From assembly GCA_963693365.1 (NCBI GenBank), contig CAVNZM010000013.1:9056315-9120314 (forward strand): a stretch of 64,000 bases of DNA, written 5' to 3'. The stretch's first letter is position 1. Each line of letters starts with the position of its first letter. Under the pieces are notes generated by a model. It did no database searches and was not told the origin of the DNA. It was given only the letters and a program-made list of their open reading frames with translations. A program made the translations under genes and the position numbers. Below are positions 1 through 27,200 of the stretch, piece by piece. Source of the stretch: Amoebidium appalachense. Taxonomy: Eukaryota > Protista > Ichthyosporea.

Positions 1-162
1 CCACGGCCTGGGGCCATGCTGTGGCCTTGCACCCAGCCTTCACACTAGCCACCCATGCCATGATGTCTTCATGTATTAGGTCAGAACACTTCAACCCAGA
101 CACACCCTCGATCCCTGCACCCCATCACACCTTTGTGTCTGACAGGAAACAAACACCCACAG

Positions 163-1185
<1,023 letters not shown>

Positions 1186-1431
1186 TCTGGTTCCCTCTGC
1201 ACACAGGCGCATTGGAGGTGCGTGCTCATATTGACCCCCCTCCCCCCCCTGGGTGCTCTTTCCACACAAGAACCTGTTGTTTTGTAGAGTCATCGAAGCC
1301 CCCTGATGGCGGGCTCCCTTCGAGTGACTCTTAGATCTGAATATATGTTTGCTGTTGGGTTTGCATGCTCCCTATGCTCTATGCAACATGATCTACCCAC
1401 CAACCTCTAATGCGCCCACCTACGACGTTCT

Positions 1432-1560
1432 AATGTATACCCCACCCACCACCCTCTATGTATATACCCCACCCACCACCCTCTATGTATATACACCACC
1501 CACCACCCTCTATGTATATACACCACCCACCACCCTCTATGTATATACACCACCCACCCA
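1432..1560. repeat. 27-bp minisatellite (~4.5 copies)
   Basis: Unit approximately ccacccaccaccctctatgtatatac(a/c), repeated in tandem. Confidence 0.9.
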
Positions 1561-2087
1561 CATGCACGATCCTTACTAATTGACGGACACTTTGCATTCA
1601 CACGAGTAATTTAACCTCTAGAGGACCGGACTAATTGATTCTACCGGCTGCCGGTAGGGACCTAAACAACTCTATTGCGGCTCAAATCACTTTAAAACCC
1701 CAAATAAATTGTATATGTCGACAGGTATGTGTCTTACCTACATATGTTTATAGCTGGTTTGGTAAAAATATCATTATTTCATATACTTTTGTATCTGCTT
1801 CTGGAGCCACCTTCGAGATTTTGGGGAAATCTTGGAGCTGCCATCGAATGTCGACTGATCCGACCAATCATATTTTGCCATTGGCGTTTTGCTCCAATCA
1901 GAAGTTTGCATCGACATCATTTGGATGTCGACATTGACTCGTCAAGCCGGCAAGCACCCTTCGTAGTTACACCATATACAGAGTATCGTTATTAAGATAA
2001 AGTTCAACTTTTTTTTTGCATAAAACGAAGGATAAAAGTATATTCTAATCTCGTGCAACTTTTATTTGACTAGTCCCTATCAACTTC

Positions 2088-11680
<9,593 letters not shown>

Positions 11681-12238
11681 CCCAGCCAGCCTGTGTGAGA
11701 CTTGTATGAATGAATGATCTGTGGCACCCTGCCCATCCTGATATGCCCATGTGTTTGCAGGCCACTAGGCACGTGACTCAACAGGTCAGTGTGATGTATA
11801 TTGTCAAATAAGATGACACCTAGAATTGTTAAAGATTGACGTTCCACAAGTCGCTAAGGCCTAGTTCTTCAATCCATTAGTATCTTGTATCAAAGTGTAC
11901 ATTGCAGTTTACTGTAGTCAAATAGTTGGGGCTTCATGCATATTCTCAATATGAGATCATAGTGCATTAGCTCTAACATGCCATCTGTAAGACTTGCTAA
12001 GACCTACCCCCTTACATAGTCGATTAGCATAAGATCTCGAGGTGCATACCACACCTGCTGAGATCTGATTGTCTCCATTCCATTGGCTTTACAGCTCTAC
12101 CCGATTAATAGTTTATGCCGGCTACCTCTATTATCATCATAGACGCATGTGAGACAACACTGTACATGTACCCACCCAAATGCATGAAGGCAACAGCAGC
12201 CTCTTATTATCTAATATATCATAGCTTGCAAGTTATCC

Positions 12239-12288
<50 letters not shown>

Positions 12289-12667
12289 ACCCCCCCAAAA
12301 AAAAAAAAAAGCGCTCACATCGATTACACTGCCCTATAGTGCCCTTTCTGACCTAGCGGGCTAGTGACTGCTGTGGTGATATCTTTGCATTTTTGGTTGT
12401 TGTGTACGTGTTGCGATGGTGACATGTGATGTACAAAAGGGTCCCCCCCCCCCCCCCCCCCCCCTCCCCGGGCCCTCGCTCTCTCCCCATTTGGTCCACT
12501 ATCACCACCACCCGTTAAACGTTTATATCGAGGTGTCGTTTTCAAGTTGGCTCGGAGTACTCCACTGCATCTTGCGGCCTCCACCAGCGCCATGGCCAGC
12601 ACTTATGCACATACATGCGTGCACAAACGACCACATACAGTACAGGGGTAGGCCGAATATAAGGTTA

Positions 12668-13076
12668 CAGAGGCCGTCCGCCCTTAAGATTGTCCGCCAA
12701 CAAGATTCCATCGACGCCGATTTTGCCAGATTTTTGTACCTTTGCCCGCCGGTGTCCTTTGGTCACTTGTTGTTTATTTTTATTTCATCGCTGTGGCTCT
12801 TTCGAAGTCGGTTATTTTGGTGGTCATGTAGCCTGTGGCTGCACGTTGCCTTCATATCCACTGGACCACTGATCAATAAATCCCAGTCAAGAGAAAAAAA
12901 AACTTTTAAGATTGTGCCGACGGGTCTATTTTCGGGACAATCTTATCGCTTATATGGGCAGAGGAGGTGTGGGGGGCATATTTTCAAGCTGTATGACACC
13001 GTAATGGTTCCCCCAAAATGGCTTTTTCAGCGTTTTGTTTAGGCTTCACATTACCTTTGCGATTTTTGCGACCCCC

Positions 13077-13116
<40 letters not shown>

Positions 13117-13214
13117 CCCCCCCCCCCCTCCCCTCCTCCTCCTCAGAGGCCCCGTCCATTACTCCTAACTAACCCACACAAACCGTGACACACACGCAAT
13201 CGTGCGCGTGCGCA

Positions 13215-13246
<32 letters not shown>

Positions 13247-13409
13247 GCACATAAGACATGCACATTTAGTGTTCTTACTATCCTGGTAGGCTACACACAC
13301 TCGTAGACACAGACACACAACCAACCAGCACCCCCCCCCCCCCCCCCCCCCCCCCCTCCCCCCCCCCCCCCCCCCTCTCCCCTCCAATCTTCCCACCATA
13401 TACACACAG

Positions 13410-13446
<37 letters not shown>

Positions 13447-13485
13447 CTCTCTCTCTTTCTCTCGCTCGCGCTCTCTCTCTCTCCT

Positions 13486-13539
<54 letters not shown>

Positions 13540-13698
13540 ACAACACATACACACTACACCCACGTGCACACACACACACACGCACGCAAACACGCGCGCG
13601 TACGCGTCGACACACACACACAAACACACACACACACACACACACGCGCGCGCACTTGTGATGCAGGCGTGCACATACACAGCTTCATTCCGGTTACC

Positions 13699-13742
<44 letters not shown>

Positions 13743-14005
13743 GCTCCCCCCCCCCCTTATTACGGCTACCGTCCCTCCCGCCCCCCCTCCACCACCATCA
13801 AGCGGATCTGTTACCACCCCTTCAAGTTGCAATGATTAGCTAAGCCCCTCCTCCCCCTGTGCCTCACCCCCCCCCCCCCCCCCCCCCGCCCAAAGGGCTC
13901 CCCCACCAAGATTATGGACACGCCCAAAATTTGACCCTCTAATTGAAAATAAGATTGCGTCCCCACCCCCCTAAAAGCGTAGGATCTTAAGTTGGACGGC
14001 CTCTG
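12668..14005. mobile_element. Non-autonomous Tc1/mariner/pogo-type TIR element (MITE-like, 1.34 kb)
   Basis: TA|CAGAGGCCGTCC...CTTAAGAT at the left end and ATCTTAAG..GGACGGCCTCTG|TA at the right end: inverted termini with a TA target duplication. No transposase ORF. Segment ~12748-12890 recurs inverted at ~41550-41680. Confidence 0.75.
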
Positions 14006-14086
14006 TACGTGGATTTTCGCCCTCAGGGGGCCAGAATCTTATAATTCTGCAACCCCTAGCCCAACACAATCTTAAATTGATCCCCC

Positions 14087-14140
<54 letters not shown>

Positions 14141-14248
14141 ACGGTAAAAAATTGACCGGGTTTCCTCCTCGTGAATTTTTGTTCCTGATTCTTTCTTTTC
14201 TTTTTTCTTTCTTTTTCCTTTTTTTTCCTTCTTACTTTCTTTCTTTCC

Positions 14249-14279
<31 letters not shown>

Positions 14280-14297
14280 TTTTTAATTTTTTTTTTT

Positions 14298-14328
<31 letters not shown>

Positions 14329-15757
14329 GGGGGGCGAGCCCGCTCGCTGTGTCATATGTGCTGCCGATTCTGTACAGAAAAACGCCTATACTGCAGCTTT
14401 TTTGGTGTGCAGAGCCCGTGTGTACATGTGAATTTTGTGTACTTGTTTTGCGGTTTGTGCATGTGTGGCAGGTGGTTGCGTGTGTGTGGCAGGGTATGTG
14501 TGTATGCCTGTGTGTGGTGTGTGTGTGTGGCATGTGTGTGCGTGCGCGCATGCCATGTGTATGTGACGGTGTGTGTGCCACTGTGTGGGTATGTGTGCTT
14601 GTGTGTCACTGTGTGTGCGTGTACGCCAATTTGTGTGTCACAGTGTGTGTTTTGGGGGGGGGGGGGGGGGGGGAGGGGGAGGGTGTGCGCTTCAGTGTGT
14701 GTGTGTGTGTAGTGTATGCTCCTACAAACAAAAGATCGAAACTGGCCCAACAACTTGAAAATAGTCTGCCTGTAGATATCGAAATATCGAAAACCTAACC
14801 GTTGAACAAGACAGCAGAGAAATAGCAAAATAAAACGTAAATGAAAAGGCACATTTTTTCCAAACAACTAAACGAAGGCAAGGTGACATTCAATGTATGC
14901 GACATTTATTGCCACAAGGCAGATTTTCGCAAATAATCATTCCACAAACTGCATGCTGGCATGAGGTCATGCGGGATTCGCCGACCCACCCGTGCATATC
15001 TGGAAAAGAAGGATGGAAACTTGCCTCAGTGTACTTGATATGCAATATTTCCGTCTCCCCCCCCCCCCCCCCCCTCTCTCCCCCCCCCCCCCCCCCCCCC
15101 ACACACACACAATGTAACACGCACCCCCCGCACCACCCCAGAAAACTGAGGCCCCAAGACTTCAGGGGGGAAGGTTTTTTGTGTACATGTGTTTGGGCGC
15201 TCGGTTCGGACCATACCCAACCACGAACAGACAGTGTTCATCAGTGAAGTCGAAAACTTGAACAAATGTTATTCCAAAAAATTTGAACAGCGGAACAGGT
15301 TCCTTTCAATAACCCAAAACCCCAGAAGCTTCAGTGGGAGTCCGACATGCACTGCCACCATAACTTGAAATATGAATGGAATTCATAAAGAAAAAAACTT
15401 GTGGCATTGTTGGCTCAGGCTGGCACAGTGCACACACCATGCAAATATGCAGGCCTGTAAAATTGGTCAGCTGAAATCACAAATGTTAACAGGTTAGCCC
15501 TTCGTGCTTGGTGGAATTGTGGCCGAATCATGTGGAGGAGGAGGAGGAGGGGGGGGGGGGGGGAGGGGGGAGGGGCCGGAGGGGAAGGGGGAGGAAGGGG
15601 GGGGCATCACCACCACCACCGTGGGCCACCACCACCAAAATGGGGGGGAAATGATGTGTCAGTGTTGTGTGTGTGTGTGTATGACAATCACGGTGTGTGT
15701 TTTTGTTTATTATGTGTGATGGTGGTAGTGACGGGGTGGTACGCCGTGTGTGTGTGT

Positions 15758-15788
<31 letters not shown>

Positions 15789-16223
15789 GGGGGGGGGGGG
15801 AGGGGGGGGGGGGGGGGGGGGTTTTCAAAAAAAATCTTATTTCTAGACAGGCAGGTCTAGGCCACTAGAATCTTAAATTTTCAAAACTTTCTAGGGCTAC
15901 AATCGTATACAAGGAAAATCTTATATTTAGACAACCAAGCATAGTTAAGCTGCAGTTAATATGTACATGAGACTCCATAATAGTGCGTATTAGCTATAGC
16001 CTCATTAATCATTGAGATAGGGTTATACAGAACATCCCTTTCCCCCTTCCCCCCCCAGCTCTAATATTAGAGACCCGTGTGCACGTGCCATTACGTAATT
16101 AATTACAAGTGTGTTTTCAATTGATTTTTCGTGCGTGCACACGCACACGGCCGACATATATTTGTATACATACATATGTCTGCGTGTGTATAATGGCATG
16201 TGTGCGTGTGTGTGTGTACGGTG

Positions 16224-16313
<90 letters not shown>

Positions 16314-16403
16314 CGTGCGCGCGTGCGTGAGTGAGTGAGTGAGTGAGTGAGTGAGTGAGTGAGTGAGTGTGTGTATGCATGTGTGCAAGTTTTCAACTCC
16401 CCC

Positions 16404-16458
<55 letters not shown>

Positions 16459-16460
<2 letters not shown>

Positions 16461-16723
16461 TTGAATGCGTCAAAAAGTACGAAGTACACAAGAACAAACG
16501 GATAACACGATGCAGAATGCAAGCCATACATAAAGAGTATGCATAATAAGCAGAGCCCATCCTCAGGGGGGGCCCACGTCATCCACAGTACCCGAGTTTC
16601 GACCTATTCCCCTCGTTAACGAAACCCAACTCAGATACTGTTTCACTTGAACATGAGTAGGTCACCCGTCTTGATCAGAGACGAGCAGGGTTGCTTATGC
16701 AGGCAAGGGCAGTGGGAAAGGCC
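16459..16723 (-). mobile_element. Poly-C-flanked structured repeat, subfamily A (inverted, between poly-G tracts)
   Basis: Reverse complement of ~4926-5189 with few substitutions; G tracts on both sides on the + strand. Confidence 0.75.
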
Positions 16724-17654
16724 GGGGGGGGGGAGGGGGTGGTGGGGGGCCCGGGAGGTAAGGGGGGGAAAAGGGCCTAGTTACATGCCGTGGGCGAACA
16801 GCGGAGACGGGCATGTATGCATTCCCTACAAATGCTACGTGCAGCTATATATACAAGGCAAATGGGGGGGGGGGGGGGGGGGGGGGAGGGGGGAAGGGAG
16901 GTGTCTTTTTATGAAAAGGGGCGGGGGGAGGGGGGGGGGGTCCACTTCCCGTGAAAAAATATCATGAGTCCATACGCCATCTCAATCATGACGGCAAGTC
17001 GAATGAAGTATATTCATCTGGTCGTGAAGGCACAAATTAGAGCCATGGCACCGTGGGGGATTAGGCCTCAATTATATACATAAGACCTCTGGTAGCTAAT
17101 ATTAATCATCTAATTAACTTTGTTCGCCATCATGCATTCTCATGCCATATATGTCATTTTTAATCTATTAATCCGACCAATCCTAAGGTACCTATAATTC
17201 TAAAAAGCAGGCATGTACATTGTGACCGACCTCCTAAGTCATAATGTAATGGTCAACAGCCATATATAGCCGATGATATGAGACAAGAAGCATAAGTACT
17301 TTAACTAAGGGTAGAGCTCAGCATCACAGTATATTATCATACGAGGGCTTAGATTGGTACATTCACCCACCTAAAATTCAACCCTTCAGCTACCGATTAT
17401 ATAACAGCTGCATCTCGACGACTAAAAACAGCTTACGGCACATGGTGCTGGGCTTACCTATACGACGGCTCTTCTATGATTGGTGGGTACACCAAACAAA
17501 TGCATAAATGTATTCCCGTGCAGACTTGCGTTCATAAACTATCACCCTTTGAACCCACCAATGTAGCACGGTGCATGCTTGGTTCGGTACGGCAGTAGGG
17601 TTGGCCAGTCAGTGCTAATGGGCATGTCTTGTGTGTGTAAGCACAAAGGTAAAC

Positions 17655-17734
<80 letters not shown>

Positions 17735-17855
17735 CGCGCGTGTGTGCGTGCGCGCGTGTGTGCGTGCGTACGTGTGTGTGTGTGTCTGTCTGTGTCTGTG
17801 TGTGTGTGTGTGTGTGCTCTTAGATAAGGACGATGGGGGTTTGTAAGCTTGCCTT

Positions 17856-21062
<3,207 letters not shown>

Positions 21063-21683
21063 GGCAGCAACAGAGAGAGGCGCTGTGGTCAAGACGTTGA
21101 CTGTTCTCTATTCCCTGCAGGCACAGACTGAACACTGAAGTGAGTACTTCAGTACCACTGTTGGACTCTCTGTTGGGTCATAGGCTGGTTGATGAATGGT
21201 CATGAGCATGGTCTGGGGAGATTGTATTTGCCAATCAAATGTGTGTACAGAGTGCAAACTAACCATATATGGCTATTGAGTTGCAGTCAGTCTAAGCTAG
21301 GTTTTGTGTGACGTCATTATTACGATGAACTCTAGTACAAAGTTGCCATAGGACAGGTCAACACAAAACGCCTGTGTACAGACTAATTGAGGTCATGCAC
21401 CAAGTCAAAGTTTCAAGTCAGACCGTCCGTCAGGTAGTGGTCACGGAACAGGCGCATAGCAGTCACTATAAAGTCGTATGTTGTTTGTCCCGTAGTCGCA
21501 ATTGCAAAGACGCAACAACTTCATTCCTTTCTAGTGTTATTGGTCGGTGCTGCGCGGCAGCCAGAGCAGCAGTCTACCCCAGCCCTCGCAGGTCTAGGGG
21601 GCACAACCCAGGGTGTGCCTTAGGCCCGCAGCCACCCTGCATAGGCCCCTTCTCGCTGCGGCCCTGCGCCACCAGCCAGGACC

Positions 21684-22201
21684 ATGGCGGTATGGCCTCC
21701 CTTCCTGTTCATATTGCTCGGCTTAGCAATGATCCAGGCCTTGCCACACACCTGCACGCTGCTCTATGCCCTTGCACAACACAGACGTGCCCACACAGGT
21801 GGAGCATAGGCCACAAAAGTTGCACACAGCTGCTTCTGTAAACGCATGCTCGCTGTTAGGAATTGGAGAGGTTTTTTGCAAGTGTCTGAGAAGCCAGCCC
21901 CTGACCTGCCATTAAATGCATGCTGCGGACGTTACTGATGTTGAATGTTTCCCTTTGCCTGTGTCCTGCACCGTGTTTCTCATCGTGTACTTGTACCTCG
22001 TACCGTGTCCCCCCCCCCCCCCCCTCTTCCATTCGAAGCGCTCCTCCTCTCCCCTCCAGCCTCTTTCTATCATAGTTTCTCAAAGAAGTCACCCCAATGC
22101 TTCAGACGTTTGGGACTTTTTTCAGCGGTTGGTCCGTTTCTTCTTGTATTGTTCTGGGTTTCTAATCCCATTTTTCGTCCTTAGACATTGTACTCGTGCA
22201 G

Positions 22202-22241
<40 letters not shown>

Positions 22242-23652
22242 CCTTCCCCTCATCCGTGCTCAACGATTCCCAGCCCCTACCCTAGTTTTGGCCCTAGCTT
22301 CCTCTCCTATCATGAGCACTGGCTTCCTGCCTGCGCCCTGACGATGTCCCCCAGCCCACTCTTCCTCTGTTGCCCTCCTTCACGTTCACTTCCTCCTTTG
22401 CCTTCGTTTCGTCGGTGCTGACCGCTTGTGACTTGAGTCTCTCGTGGCTTTACCTCCCCCCCCTCCCCCCTCCCCCCAACCCTGAAGGCTTTTCTTCCTG
22501 CCACCTTTCCACCGATCTCTTGCTCACAATAGAATGGTTCTGTGCATTATTCTTTTATGTTATTCTGGTCTGTTCTCTGTAAGGTTAAATGTTGTATGTA
22601 CATGTGTTCAAATTGAGCCTAAGAGTGTGTGTGTCCATGGGTGTATGTGTGGGTGTATGTGTGTACGTGTGGGTGTGTTTGTGTATGTGTCTGTGTGCAG
22701 GTGTCTTGGGCGTGCCCTGCCCCTTATTGGTGTCGTCGGGGTTGCTTCTGTGCCACTGTTCTGTTCTGTCTTGATTGTCCTATGGACCCGTAAAGTTTTA
22801 CTGGAGCTTTTATGAACTCAACCCCCCCCCCCCCCCCCCCCTCTCCCACACCCCTTCCATCCCCCTCCTATGTGCCTGACCCAGCCAGCCCAGCCACCCT
22901 GCTCACCCAGTGCACCCCAGGAGCCTGCCAGCGATGTGCAGGCGCAGTTCCGTGAGCTTGGGGCGCAGTCACGGGCGCGGTTTGACAGGGGGCTGGCTGT
23001 GATGGCTGCTCAGACAGTAGAAAGGTTTGAGGAGCTGAGGGAGCTGCTGTGGCGGTTCAGCAGCATGCAGAAAGATGTGGACCCCGCAGCTACGGTGTGT
23101 GTGTCGGCACACAGTGTGCCTACTCCCCCCCCCCCCCCATCACCTTGTTAGAGCTGGGTCGCAGTGTCTCCCCCCCCCCCCCCCCCCTCTCCCCCCCTCC
23201 CCCCCTCCCCTCCCCCCCCTTCCCCCCCAGAGGTGTCCTTTCAGGACAGACCACTTTGCGGAGACCGCTTTACTTCCATGCAACCGGGCATGGTTGCTCT
23301 GTGTCGTGCATCTGTAAGCACATACACATTTTTCGCTGCACTGCTTAGTTTGCACACACACCGTTTTGCTCACCTTGCTTGCATCAGCAACCCTGCTCGT
23401 CTTTGATCAAGACGGGTTGACCCTCCCAAGTTCAGTTGATGCTGCTGTCTGAGTTGGAGAGTCGTATATACGCGGGCTAAGGGGTCGAAACTCAGACGCA
23501 ATTGATGACTTGGGCCCTCCCTGAGGATGGGCTCTGCTTATGACGCATACTGTGCGCATGGCTGATGTTGCATACTTGAATGTTTGCCTTTGCATGTGTC
23601 CTGCACCATGCTTCTCATCGTGTATGCGTACTTCGTACCGTGTTCCGCATTC

Positions 23653-23683
<31 letters not shown>

Positions 23684-24223
23684 GCGAACTAGGTCACACT
23701 CGGTGTACCAGCTGCCCCCTTTCCTGACGGTTTGCACTCAATGTACCCCCTCTTTCCCCGTTACCCTCCCCCCGTCCCCCCATAATGGGTAATACTCAGT
23801 GTGTGAGCCTCCCTGTCTCCCCGATTGTTTGCATTTGATGTACCCTCTCCTGTGCTCTCCCGGCTGCTTTTCCATTCCGAAGCCAGCAGTATCCCTTCCA
23901 CTTATTCCCCCCCCAGAAGCAGGCCGTGTGGGACGAGCATGTGCGTGCCGTGGTGCTGCTGCAGGAGCTCAGGCGCCTCAACAGGAAGATGCACGTGGCC
24001 CCCCTGGACCTGATGGTATGTAGACCCCACCCCCCGTATCAGGCACCATGCAGCATGCTGCATAGGGCTACTGCGTGAGGGTTTATTTGGGAGGTGGTGG
24101 TGGTGGTGGGGTGGTTGAGAGAGTTGGTGTGATAGAAAGGAGACATCGTGTGATGGCCAGAGCGCGGGCGTAGCCCGCACCCCCTAATAATGTGCATGCC
24201 CTTTGCAACGAAGTTCCCGTTGT

Positions 24224-24257
<34 letters not shown>

Positions 24258-27200
24258 AGGATGGGCTCTGCTTATTATGCATACTCTTTATGTATGGCTT
24301 GCATTCTGCATCGTGTTATCCGTTTGTTCTAGTGTACTTCGTACTTTTTGACGCCTTCAAACCCCCCTCTCCCCCCGGGCGCTCCCAGACGGCTGATGAC
24401 TGCATGCTCTCAGCCCAAATCTCTCACGTTCCCCTCCCCCCTCACCTGCACACAAAAACACTCGCTCCTAGCAACATCAAATGCTTACAAATCTCCCACC
24501 TCACCCTGCCACGCACAAACCGCCTCTGTACACACCCACCCAGCACGCACATGCTGGAAGTCTGTTGCACAAACCTTGCTGTCCCACCCACCCACCCCAC
24601 CACCCACGGACTAACCCATCCTCCCCCACAGTCGCCTGTGGGCAGGGCACGGGAGCATGCGGACCTGACCACACTGACGTACCAAGACAAGCTGTACCTT
24701 AAACACTACATCCAGGCCCTGATAAGAGCAGAGAGGGAGGACGGGTACGTGTAGTGGTCTGATGTTGTAGTGGGGGGGGGGGGAATGGGTGAGACAGAGA
24801 GGTGGCTGCCGATGCTCTGACAGACTGAGGCTGGAGATGCATGGCAGGCACATGGACAGCAGGGCAGGACATAAGGGCTGCAGTGAGCAGGGCACAGGGT
24901 GTGGTCTGGGTGTGTGCCCATGCCCCTGCTCCCTGTGGTCGGGGCATGCAGATAGCAGCGCACTAGTCCTGAATTACATCCGTGCACAACCCTGCCACAC
25001 ATGCGTAAGCGTGCTTCACGTAAACAAGACCCCTCCCCCCCCCCCCCCCCCCTCCCTTTTCGTGCACCGGTTGCAGCCCATGTGCCCACCAACCCCCCCT
25101 GTGCCAGTATGGCCACCAACGCCCTACCCTCCCAGCACCAACGAGCACAGGGCGCTGCTAGCGCATATGCCGCCAGAGGAGGACTTCCTGAGGGACATGC
25201 AGCAGAGGGGTGTGCCCATGGATGACGTCACCAGCAACCCTCACGAGCTCATGCTCAAACGGCTGGAGCACGAGACCAGCCAGAGGAGAGAGTAGGGGCC
25301 CTTGCCTGCTTGCTGCTGCCCTCTAGTGCATGCTGGCCCCTGTTAGCAGCGGGTTCCTTTTTCTCCTGTAAGAAGGTGCCCATCTTTTTATCCCATGTTA
25401 AAGGTGCCCTACTTTCTATTCCATGTTAACGGTGCCCATTTTTCTATCCCATGTTAAAGGTGCCCATTTTTCTATCCCATGTTAAAGGTGTCCATCTTTT
25501 TATCCCATGTTAGAGGCCTCAATTCCCTCTTCGTGTCCACCCCCTCTCCCTGCTAGCCATGCAGCATGCACCCCCCAAGCTGCGACTGTGCTTTTTCTGG
25601 ACTGGCCTGATTGGTTTTCACGGGCTATGGCCTGCTGTATGCAGGCAGCGGTAGTGCCGTGGTAGCAGCTGATTGGAGGGTTGGGATGTGTAGCAGCTGA
25701 TTGGAGGGTTGGGCTGTGTAGCAGCTGATTGGAGGATTGGGCTGTGTAGCGGCTGATTGGAGCGTTGGGCTGTGTAGCAGCTGATTTCACGGTTGGGGTG
25801 TGGTGATCAGTAACATGCCACCTGTCCTTTTAGGCTGATGCACCGGGCGGAGGAGCTGTCGCGGCGGCTGGATGTGATTGTGGCCATCAGCGACAGCAAG
25901 GCAAAGACCCTGGCCGGCCTGGAGCCGAAGGTCGACAGCCTGCTGGCCGTACGTGCCCCCCTGAAGGACACATGCACGGCACACATGCAGCACACATGCA
26001 GCATACACATGCACGGCACACATGCAGCACACATGCAGCATACACATGCACGGCACACATGCAGCACACATGCAGCATACACATGCACGGCACACATGCA
26101 GCACAAAACCCTAACCCACACACTGCTTTGTACGAGCATGCACACACACACTGCTTTGTAGGAGCATGCACACACACACTGCTTTGTAGGAGCATGCACA
26201 CACACACTGCTTTGTAGGAGCATGCACACACACACTGCTTTGTAGGAGCATGCACACACACTGCTTTGTAGGAGCATGCACACACACACTGCTTTGTAGG
26301 AGCATGCACACACACACTGCTTTGTAGGAGCATGCACACACACACTGCTTTGTAGGAGCATGCACACACACACTGCTTTGTAGGAGCATGCACACACACA
26401 CTGCTTTGCAGGAGCATGCACACACACACTGCTTTGCAGGAGCATGCACACACACACTGCTTTGCAGGAGCATGCACACACACACTGCTTTGCAGGAGCA
26501 TGCACACACACACTGCTTTGTAGGAGCATGCACACACACACTGCTTTGTAGGAGCATGCACACACACACTGCTTTGTAGGAGCATACACACACACACTGC
26601 TTTGTACGAGCATGCACACACACACTGCTTTGTACGAGCATGCACACACACACTGCTTTGTACGAGCATGCACACACACACTGCTTTGTACGAGCATGCA
26701 CACACACACTGCTTTGTACGAGCATGCACACACACACTGCTTTGTACGAGCATGCACACACACACTGCTTTGTACGAGCATGCACACACACACTGCTTTG
26801 TACGAGCATGCACACACACACTGCTTTGTACGAGCATGCACACACACACTGCTTTGTACGAGCATGCACACACACACTGCTTTGTACGAGCATGCACACA
26901 CACACTGCTTTGCACGAGCATGCACACACACACTGCTGTGCAGGAGCATGCACACACACACTGCTTTGCACGAGCATGCACACACACACTGCTTTGTACG
27001 AGCATGCACACACACACTGCTTTGTAGGAGCATGCACACACACACTGCTTTGTACGAGCATGCACACACACACTGCTTTGTACGAGCATGCACACACACA
27101 CTGCTTTGTACGAGCATGCACACACACACTGCTTTGCAGGAGCATGCACACACACACTGCTTTGTACGAGCATGCACACACACACTGCTTTGTACGAGCA

